The notes under the pieces: generated by a model
Database searches by the model: none
Told to the model about the DNA's origin: nothing
What the model saw: the letters and a program-made list of their open reading frames with translations, nothing else
In this document: in pieces, positions 56,499 to 64,000 of the stretch
How positions within the stretch are numbered: position 1 is the stretch's first letter
How the letters are laid out: every line of letters begins with the position of its first letter
Assembly: GCA_963745515.1 (NCBI GenBank)
Contig: CAVUXO010000025.1
Location: forward strand, 30,381 to 94,380
DNA: 64,000 nt
Direction of reading: 5' to 3'
Source: an uncultured Alphaproteobacteria bacterium
GTDB lineage: Bacteria > Pseudomonadota > Alphaproteobacteria > Rhizobiales > Xanthobacteraceae
Translations under genes and position numbers: made by a program

Positions 56499-58355
56499 TC
56501 AGCCTCCGGTTGGCTCGATGAGAACGGCATTGCCGCGCAGCGTGTCGCGTCCACGCCGCAGCGCTTTCTGGGCTTCTTGGTAGTCCGCGGGATTCTCGAT
56601 CAATAGCTCGACCGCGTAGACCTGATTAACGAACTCCCATTTCGTAAGCAGAATGCGCCGATGCAGTTGGTGGTCGACGTTGAGTCCGTCGAGGGCAGCG
56701 CGTAGGAGCTCATTTCTTATTTCCTGGCGATCGGGCGCGAGCACCCAGACGATCAGCGCCGGAAACCTGGCTGGTGGGTGATCGTCACGAACCGCACGTA
56801 CTGCCGCGGGGCTAACCTCCAACACGCGGTCTGACAACTTGACCTTGGGCCAGCTTTCGTCGCCAGCCCAGCTTGTGGAGCGAGGATCGCCGGGGGTGAC
56901 AAGGAAAGCGAGGTGCGTCGCAGTGGCGATGCGATCGAGGCCGTCGAAAACGATGAGGTCCCACCGCGGAACATGGACAAGACGCGACCAGCCTTGCTCC
57001 TGATCGAAGGATGTAATGTAGGGGCGGTCGTTCACGAACTGGTGCTGAAGTCCCCGCTTGTATTCCACGAGTTCGGATACGGCACTTCGCAGGCTCGCGT
57101 GCTGAACCATCACCAGTAGGCCAGCGCCGGCGACGGCCGCCCCGATAATAATTGGCTGAAGCCGATCAGCGATACGCCGCAGCCCGAGTTCGGCCAGGTG
57201 TGTAGCTCCCAGGGTGACCAGGGGCAGAAAGTAGCCGCAGGTTCGTCCGTACGGCAGCTTCTGCGCTACCACGAAGTGGGCAAGGCTGATGACAGCCGTG
57301 AGGATGCAAACCGCCCCGAGGTGACGCGTTCGGGTATCGCGCCACATGAAGAACCACCCGATAACACCCGCAGCGCCGAGGAGTCCCCAGACCGGATTCG
57401 GGAACAGGTATAGAAGCACGTCCAATAGGCGAGGGAAGAAGTCGAGTCCGTGCGCGGGGATGCCGAACTCCTGCATCGAAACCAAGACGTAGGGAAGGAA
57501 ATGAATAAAGAAGAGCACGACGAAAAAGCCGAGGACGATGCCCTGCACGAAGAGGTTTTGACGATAGGCGCGCAGGTCCTCAGGGCTCAGCTCTTTCCAG
57601 ACTGATCCCGCTGCCTCCTGTATGCGCGGTGGAAAGAGCCATAGTGCGAGGTAGAGTGGAGCGAGCCAATCCACGATGAGATTGACCATGTTTGAGAACG
57701 ACAGAATTGCCACCAAACCGCAGAGCGCGCCCCAGACAATGGACGACGGTCGACGAGGCAAGGCATCGGCCAAGAGCAGCAGCAGCACGGCCTGCAAGGC
57801 AAGCATCCAGGAATAGCCGCGCGCCTGCAGGCTGTAGATGTGGACGTAGGGCCAGCTTGCGCCGACCAGCAGCGCCAACGGCCAAGCCAGTCGATGGCCG
57901 CTGCGCCACGCCAGCCACGCCAGTGCCGCGGCGAACATGAGCGCCCCGGCCCATGCAGGAAAGCGCACCGCCGCTTCGCCGCCCGGAGACAGCGCCGTAC
58001 TCAAGTTGACAAGCACCGAATGCACGATGTGATCATTTGGCTCCCGCCAGACGGAGATCGCCCGGTACACGCCCGCAATGAGCTGCATCGCATTCGGTCG
58101 CTGGACGGGCAGCATGTCCTCCGCCCGGTCAGCGTGGGTTGGAAGCCCGTTGGTCTGGAACGTCGCCCACGAGTAGTTCTCGAGGTTGAGCATCTCATCC
58201 CAGGTGAGCGGCTCGCGCATTTGTGCGCCCGCCATACGATCGACGAACAACCAGAGAGTGAGCGCGATCGCCACCGCGGCCGGAACGGCCATGAGCGCCC
58301 ATCTCAGCCTGGTCGATCGATCGCTGATCGGCTTTGAGGACGAGACTGCTTGCAT
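56499..58355 (-). CDS. Large polytopic membrane protein, probable GT-C fold (ArnT/PMT/GT39-like) polyprenyl-phosphate-sugar-dependent glycosyltransferase
   Basis: 618 aa, about 11-13 TM helices in the N-terminal two thirds plus a soluble C-terminal domain. Acidic motif (TWDEML) in the first predicted external loop. Convergent partner of the GT2-GtrA gene. Confidence 0.6.
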   Translation of the reverse strand: MQAVSSSKPISDRSTRLRWALMAVPAAVAIALTLWLFVDRMAGAQMREPLTWDEMLNLENYSWATFQTNGLPTHADRAEDMLPVQRPNAMQLIAGVYRAISVWREPNDHIVHSVLVNLSTALSPGGEAAVRFPAWAGALMFAAALAWLAWRSGHRLAWPLALLVGASWPYVHIYSLQARGYSWMLALQAVLLLLLADALPRRPSSIVWGALCGLVAILSFSNMVNLIVDWLAPLYLALWLFPPRIQEAAGSVWKELSPEDLRAYRQNLFVQGIVLGFFVVLFFIHFLPYVLVSMQEFGIPAHGLDFFPRLLDVLLYLFPNPVWGLLGAAGVIGWFFMWRDTRTRHLGAVCILTAVISLAHFVVAQKLPYGRTCGYFLPLVTLGATHLAELGLRRIADRLQPIIIGAAVAGAGLLVMVQHASLRSAVSELVEYKRGLQHQFVNDRPYITSFDQEQGWSRLVHVPRWDLIVFDGLDRIATATHLAFLVTPGDPRSTSWAGDESWPKVKLSDRVLEVSPAAVRAVRDDHPPARFPALIVWVLAPDRQEIRNELLRAALDGLNVDHQLHRRILLTKWEFVNQVYAVELLIENPADYQEAQKALRRGRDTLRGNAVLIEPTGG

Positions 58356-60007
58356 TGCCTTCTATTCGCCCGCTGGTGAGACCGACAGCCCGCTGGGCGG
58401 GCCGAGCAGCCGCACCGAATGCCGTGGGATCGGGGCAAGCCGTCGAAAGGATGTGGCCCACGTTCGCAAAGTGTAGCCCAGGCAGCGCCGGAGGCCTAGC
58501 CTCCCGATGATATCGGATGAGCCACACAACGTGTTCTGCATTACGGAAATAAGACTGGATCCATCATGGCGCCCCGCACAAGGTTAACGTTAATCAGGCC
58601 GTGCCCTGATGGCGACGAATGGAGCGCATGACGTTGCCGCGCAAGCGGCTTCCCAATCGCACAAGATTCCTCGATCCCGCCGTCGTGATCTTGTTGGGAT
58701 CCAAGACGCGTTGAGCCCTCGATCTGCAAATGGCGCGAGGTTGATGCTTTGCGGAGCCACTTGGCGCAATGGCCAAGCAATGTGGCTAACCGTGCAGTTG
58801 ATGCCTCGTTCTCGATGGACCGAAATTCAAATTCACCTTCACAGAAATCTCTTACACAAAACATTCCCGACGCATCAGCAAAGCGGACATAGCTCGCCAG
58901 AAGGCCGGGCTTGGTCTCCGAGGGCTGCCTTCGGACGCTGCACCTACTTCAGTCGGATGCGCGCAAGAGCTTCGCAATTCAAGAGCTTCGCAATGAAGAT
59001 TGAGAGCCCTCGACTGCAGCGGAACGCTGTCGGCTGGGACGGCCGGGTCATTCTGGGGAGATCACGAGGACGGCGATTCGCCGGATTGATGGGTATCTGC
59101 CGGGAGATGCATTGAGCGCGCCAACAAGATGCTTAGAACAAGCAAACTCGGCGTGAATGCCACCATCATCCCCAGGAAAAACCAATGATATGATTCCATT
59201 TCGATACCGCCGAACGCGTTGTTTCTGTTCTTGATTCCCCCTATCGAAGGGAAACTTTAGCCTCAAGGTGAAGCAACTTTGAGGCAGTCAAGACGCATCG
59301 TGCGACCCAATCCACAGGAATATTAGGGCGCCTCTGGTTGACAAAGAATTACCCAGACACCTGCGATCTGGGCAGATGGGTGAGGAGTTCTACTCGGATA
59401 CTCATATGCGGTACTCTTGTGGGGGCCGGAGCCCCTGCACCCTCTGTCCCCGCGGAACTCTATGCGGGTTTGTTCAAACGATTATCCGAAGGTTTGGTTC
59501 CCGAATTAATGGATGCGGTGGCACTATGGCGGGTGCGCGGTGGTATGAGGCGTGGACTTTAGGCGCTGGAATCGACCCCGGCCGAGCTGTTTTTGAAGGG
59601 GCCTATGGCGAGGCGGGGCCTATGGCGAGGCGGTCACGCCGGCGCCATTTGGGCCTCGATTTCGCGGCTCGATCAGCGCCGGCGATGCTGGCCAACCCGC
59701 TCGATTTCGGATGCGCCACTCACCCCCAGTCGGCTCGTGACTGAGCGGGCTTTTCAGCCCAGGCTTTCCGTTCGCCGACCCGCAGCAAGCGGACCTTCAC
59801 TGCAGGATGACGTTTCCGTTGCGAGGTCGTCCCCGCATAATTGCCGCGGTGATCAGGAGAGAGCCTTCTCAATGTATGATATTGCTAAGGCTGCCTTGCT
59901 CTCATAAGACCAATCTCTGCCCTCGAGGGCAGAGATAATGAACCGCGAGATCTGCCGATCATGATGACCCGATTTGATGCTTTAAATGCTGCGCCGGAGA
60001 GCCGCCC

Positions 60008-60965
60008 ATGTTGACTGAACGCCGTATTCTGGTCACCGGCGGAGCCGGCTTCATCGGGTCGCATCTCTGCGATCGGCTGCTGGCGCGTGGCGATGAAGTC
60101 TTGTGCGTGGACAATTTCTATACCGGGACGCGGCGCAATGTGCACCATCTCCTGAGCAATCCCCGCTTTGAGCTCACGCGTCACGACATTTGTTTTCCGC
60201 TCTACGTCGAGGTCGATCAGATCTTCAACCTCGCCTGTCCGGCCTCGCCGGTGCACTACCAGTTCGACCCGGTGCAAACCACCAAGGTCAGCGTGCATGG
60301 CGCGATTCAACATGCTGGGCCTCGCCAAACGCGTGAAGGCGAAGATCCTGCAGGCGTCGACATCGGAGGTCTACGGCGATCCCTCGATGCACCCGCAACG
60401 GGAGGACTATTGGGGCAACGTCAATCCGATCGGGCCGCGCTCCTGCTACGATGAAGGCAAGCGCTGCGCGGAGACGCTTTTTTTCGACTATCGGCGCCAG
60501 CATAATCTGCCGATCAAGGTTGCCCGCATCTTCAACACCTATGGACCGGGCATGCATCCGGCCGACGGGCGCGTGGTATCCAATTTTGTGATCCAGGCGC
60601 TGCGCAACGAGAACATCACGGTCTATGGCGAGGGGCGGCAGACCCGCTCCTTCTGCTATGTCAACGATCTCGTTGAAGGGCTCATCCGGCTGATCGAAAC
60701 GCCGGATGATGTCACCGGTCCGGTCAATCTTGGCAATCCGGTCGAGTTCACGATCCGGCAGCTTGCCGAGCTCGTGATTGAGCTCACGGGCTCGTCGTCG
60801 AAGTTGGTTTTTAATCCGCTGCCGCAGGACGATCCCAAACAGCGCTGTCCCGACATCAGCCTTGCCAAGTCGGTGCTCGGATGGCAGCCGCAGATTCAGC
60901 TTCGCGAAGGTCTCAAGAGAACGATTGACTATTTCGATCTGCTCTTACGTGAGAAGAAGGCGTAG
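60008..60965 (+). pseudogene. UDP-glucuronate decarboxylase (UDP-xylose synthase), one frameshift
   Basis: [18 protein letters not shown]...VDNFYTG...[26 protein letters not shown] (ORF 60008..60454), then [55 protein letters not shown]...RIFNTYGP...[13 protein letters not shown] (ORF 60168..60965). 1-nt insertion near 60306. Confidence 0.9.
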
Positions 60966-61085
60966 CGCATGTCCCGGAGAATACCTGCCCCGGACTTGAT
61001 CCGGGTGGGAACCGGTTTCCGATAAGGACATGCGCCAATCGAGGCGATCGGCACAGCCCATCGCGCGTTGACGCAATTCTCTGGC

Positions 61086-62462
61086 TCACGCCGGCAACTC
61101 AGCGGACGACCGCCCCGCTTGCGTGGTCGGGACATAGACCACCGCGGGCTGGAAGGCTGACGAACGCCCCACGCAGGTATAGGCAAATCCCTGCCGCTGC
61201 ATGTCTTCCGGACGATAGATGTTGCGCAGGTCCACGATCACCGGGCAGGCCATCAGATCCTTGAGCCGATCGAAATCGAGCGCGCGGAACTGCTCCCATT
61301 CCGTCACGATGACAGCCGCATCGGCCTCCTCGACGCAGTCATACGGCCCGTCGCAATAGGTCACCTCGGTGAGCACCTGCCGCGCCTGATGCATGCCCTC
61401 GGGGTCGTGGACGCGCACTTTAGCACCCATGTCCTGCAGCGCGACGATGAGGGGGATCGAGGGTGCTTCGCGCATGTCATCGGTGTTGGGCTTGAAGGTC
61501 AGGCCCAGCACTGCGACCGTCTTGCCGCGCAGCACGCCCGAAAAGGCCGCCGCCACCTTGCGCGCCATGGCACGCTTGCGCGTGTCGTTGACGCTCTCGA
61601 CCGCCTCGAGAATGCGCATCGGCACATCGTAGTCCTGTGCGGTCTTGATGAGCGCTCGCACGTCCTTGGGAAAGCATGAGCCGCCATAGCCCGGCCCGGC
61701 ATGCAGAAATTTCGAGCCGATGCGATTGTCGAGACCGATGCCGCGTGCGACCTCCTGCACGTCGGCGCCGACCCGCTCGCACAAATCCGCAATCTCGTTG
61801 ATGAAGGTGATCTTGGTCGCCAGGAACGCGTTGGCGGCATACTTGATCAGCTCGGCCGTCCGGCGCCCCGTGTACAGGATCGGTGCCTGGTTGAGAAAGA
61901 GCGGGCGATAGATCCCGGTCATGACGTCCTTCGCACGCTCGTCCTCCAGTCCGATGACAATGCGGTCGGGATGCTTGAAATCGTGGATGGCGGCGCCTTC
62001 CCGCAGGAACTCCGGATTGGAAACGACGGCGAACTGGCTGTCGGGGCGCAGGTCGCGAATGATGCGCTCGACCTCGTCGCCGGTGCCGACCGGCACGGTC
62101 GACTTGGTGATGATGACCGTGAAGCCCTTCAGCCCCGCGGCGATCTCGCGCGCCACGCCATAGACGTAGGACAGATCGGCATGACCATCTCCGCGCCGTG
62201 AGGGGGTGCCAACCGCGATGAAGATTGCGGCTGCGCCGTCCAATCCCTCCGCCAGGTTCGTGGTAAACGACAGTCGGCCTTGCCGCACGTTCGCGGCGAC
62301 CAGCTCCTTGAGGCCGGGCTCGAAGATCGGGATCTCGCCCGCATTCAGGGCGTCGATCTTGCTGGCGTCCTTGTCGACGCAGGTCACCTGATGGCCGAAG
62401 TCGGCAACGCAGGCGCCTGAGACGAGGCCCACGTAGCCTGTTCCAATCATGGCAATCTTCAT
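61086..62462 (-). CDS. ugd: UDP-glucose 6-dehydrogenase
   Basis: MKIAMIGTGYVGLVSGACVADFGH, FIAVGTPS, NPEFLREGAAIHDF, GYGGSCFPKDV, GLTFKPNTDDMREAPS. The start is set at the conserved MKIAMIG; the 5' extension of ORF 61086..62768 is Arg/Pro-rich and non-homologous. Confidence 0.95.
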   Translation of the reverse strand: MKIAMIGTGYVGLVSGACVADFGHQVTCVDKDASKIDALNAGEIPIFEPGLKELVAANVRQGRLSFTTNLAEGLDGAAAIFIAVGTPSRRGDGHADLSYVYGVAREIAAGLKGFTVIITKSTVPVGTGDEVERIIRDLRPDSQFAVVSNPEFLREGAAIHDFKHPDRIVIGLEDERAKDVMTGIYRPLFLNQAPILYTGRRTAELIKYAANAFLATKITFINEIADLCERVGADVQEVARGIGLDNRIGSKFLHAGPGYGGSCFPKDVRALIKTAQDYDVPMRILEAVESVNDTRKRAMARKVAAAFSGVLRGKTVAVLGLTFKPNTDDMREAPSIPLIVALQDMGAKVRVHDPEGMHQARQVLTEVTYCDGPYDCVEEADAAVIVTEWEQFRALDFDRLKDLMACPVIVDLRNIYRPEDMQRQGFAYTCVGRSSAFQPAVVYVPTTQAGRSSAELPA

Positions 62463-62933
62463 TTGCGCTGCTCCAACAAGGCGCCGGCCCGAACGGCCAA
62501 TTGGGTACGTCTCGCACCGCCACTGAGCAAGTCCAAGCCGTGGGGTCAATCGCACAGCCCAGGGAAGGTGAACGTGGCGCCTTTCCCTTATCCCCTGGCC
62601 GCCACGCGGGCTCCGGGGGCGCTCCTGGCTGCGGGGGGGCACCTGGATCGACGGCCCGGTCAGTCCCAGGTTGCGAAGAAGGGGGAGCGGGGTCACTGTG
62701 ATGGACAATGGTGGCCGCTCATGGAGGGTATAATAATACCTGTCACAAAACAGTGGCTCCCCTGCCACATCGCTGGCGCAAATTAACGATGGTATTAGGA
62801 TACGCAGCGTGGCGTGCCACAGGCGTTAAGATGGTCGAATTGCGTGAGTTGGAGCTGACAATGAGGTGAGCGTAATCCCGATTCCTCCAAGAAGGTCATC
62901 CCGTTCTCACCGTCCAAGACATTTCGTCCTGAC

Positions 62934-63215
62934 GTGCGGGACCAGGGCGACCCTCTCGATCGCTCGGGACAGGCCATTGTCGAGTTGCTGCAGCAGGCCG
63001 CCGAAACTGCGAACAGCAATTGTGATCGCGCCATGGAGCTCGCGCACAAGCTGTCATTGCAACTTCGCGCCGCCGAGGAGCGCATCCGGGAACTCGAGTC
63101 GGATACCAACCACTTTCACGATCGTGCGCAGCGCGCCGAGAAATGGCTGGCGCGAATCTACAAGGACATTGAAGAGAAGTTTTTCAATCCGCAGTCCGGC
63201 CGCGAGCAGCGCTAA
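62934..63215 (+). CDS. Small coiled-coil hypothetical protein
   Basis: 93-aa ORF with heptad-like, charged sequence (LSLQLRAAEERIRELESDTNHFHDRAQRAEKWLARIYKDIEEKF). Coding-like composition in an otherwise intergenic stretch. Confidence 0.4.
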   Translation: MRDQGDPLDRSGQAIVELLQQAAETANSNCDRAMELAHKLSLQLRAAEERIRELESDTNHFHDRAQRAEKWLARIYKDIEEKFFNPQSGREQR

Positions 63216-63291
63216 AGCTGCTGGCTGATTCATCACCGTTCGGTTTTGCTCGGTTCGGCGCACGCGTGACGTGCTTCGGCGTGATGCACCG

Positions 63292-64000
63292 CTATTCGCC
63301 GAAGCGCTGGCGTGACTGCTTCTGCTTCTCGCCGGTCTCGTAGTGGCGGCCCTGCACGGCGAGGTCGGCCTCCTGCTCCTCCTCCTCGGTCCAGTGGCCG
63401 AGCGAATAGCCCCACCACGGCGTCTTTGAGGTTGAGCGCAGGGCAGCTGCAGGCCCTGCCAGATCTCGATCGCGCGCTCCATGAACTCGCGCTTCGGCAG
63501 CGACAGCGGCGGATAGGCCCACGGCATGGTGGCGTCGATGAGCAGCGCGGTCGAGCGCGGCGGCTTGTCGCGCGTGACCAGCCCGCGCGATGCGCCGGGC
63601 GGCACCGCCGCCGGATCGAGCGTGAACGGCGGCGCTTCCACCACTTCCGTGTCCTTGTAGGGCTGCGCCCGGTAGGCGATCGCCCACAGCACGTTCTCGG
63701 CGTCGCGCGATGTCGATGTCCTCGTCGACCGCGACCAGCATCTTGCCCATGAACTTCTCGGCGAGCAGGCGCAGCGCCTTCTTGCCGTCGTCGGGATCGC
63801 GCTTCTTGAGCTTCACCACGGCGACCGCGTTCGAGCCGGCGCATTCGAGATATTCGACCTGCGATCACGTTATCGAAGCCGGCGGCGCGCAGGAGCCGGA
63901 TGCCGGCCGCGGCGCGGCCGATGTTGCGCATCTTGCTGAGCTCTCGCTCGGCGGCATCTGGCTCAGGATCGAGAGATAGATCGGCTTCTTGCGCATCGTG
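63292..64000 (-). pseudogene. UbiD-family (prenyl-FMN-dependent) decarboxylase, 3' part; runs off the window; several frameshifts
   Basis: Minus-strand fragments in three frames join as ...QMPPSESS.. | ..RNIGRAAAGIRLLRAAGFDNVIA | ..AVVKLKKRDPDDGKKALRLLAEKFMGKMLVAVDEDIDI | ..VLWAIAYRAQPYKDTEVVEAPPFTLDPA...LLIDATMPWAYPPLSLPKREFMERAIEIWQGLQLP | ALNLKTPWWGYSLGHWTEEEEQEADL...*. At least 3 frame switches (near 63440, 63700, 63860). Confidence 0.6.

Noticed and set aside
58541-59266. ORFs of 168 aa (+), 107 aa (-) and 72 aa (-) in the gene-poor spacer.
   Set aside because: No family resemblance, atypical composition, mutually overlapping, and no RBS or start context. I reported the region as an unexplained spacer rather than as genes.

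Overview
High-GC (alphaproteobacterial, Bradyrhizobium-like by composition; inference only) DNA, almost entirely occupied by one very large surface-polysaccharide (EPS/capsule/O-antigen type) biosynthesis, modification and export super-locus of about 50 genes. I found no rRNA, tRNA, CRISPR array, transposase or phage gene.

Recognisable parts:
- Export and chain-length machinery: two Wza-like exporters, an ExoP/GumC-type co-polymerase/tyrosine kinase, a Wzy/O-antigen-ligase-like polymerase and a decayed Wzx flippase.
- A PEP-CTERM-type cargo protein next to a decayed PEP-CTERM-associated outer-membrane barrel. No exosortase is present in the window.
- A priming polyprenyl-phosphate sugar transferase, several GT2/GT4/WecG-type glycosyltransferases, and a GT2-GtrA fusion paired with a GT-C-like membrane enzyme.
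- Nucleotide-sugar enzymes: wecB, two ugd-like, two UXS-like, rfbF, rmlC-like and several SDR epimerases.
- A GH9 endoglucanase, an AsnB-type amidotransferase and a PIG-L deacetylase.

The most unusual content:
1. A four-gene, Dlt-like acylation system in which an FkbH-type loader replaces the D-Ala ligase (SGNH-like anchor protein, FkbH, ACP, MBOAT; 12.9-17.8 kb).
2. A second carrier-protein module containing LuxE/LuxC homologues, an AMP-ligase, FabG, a MaoC dehydratase and an AAC(3)-like acyltransferase (37.0-43.2 kb).
3. A membrane-anchored cytochrome-c/PQQ quinohemoprotein sitting inside the export genes.
4. Two copies of a ~165-nt double-palindrome element (CTAGTG...CACTAG hairpins with compensatory stem changes) that bracket the AsnB-GH9 two-gene module.
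5. A strikingly non-uniform set of more than 20 reading-frame disruptions, with a hotspot at 51.7-54.4 kb. From sequence alone I cannot tell whether these are real pseudogenes or assembly indels.
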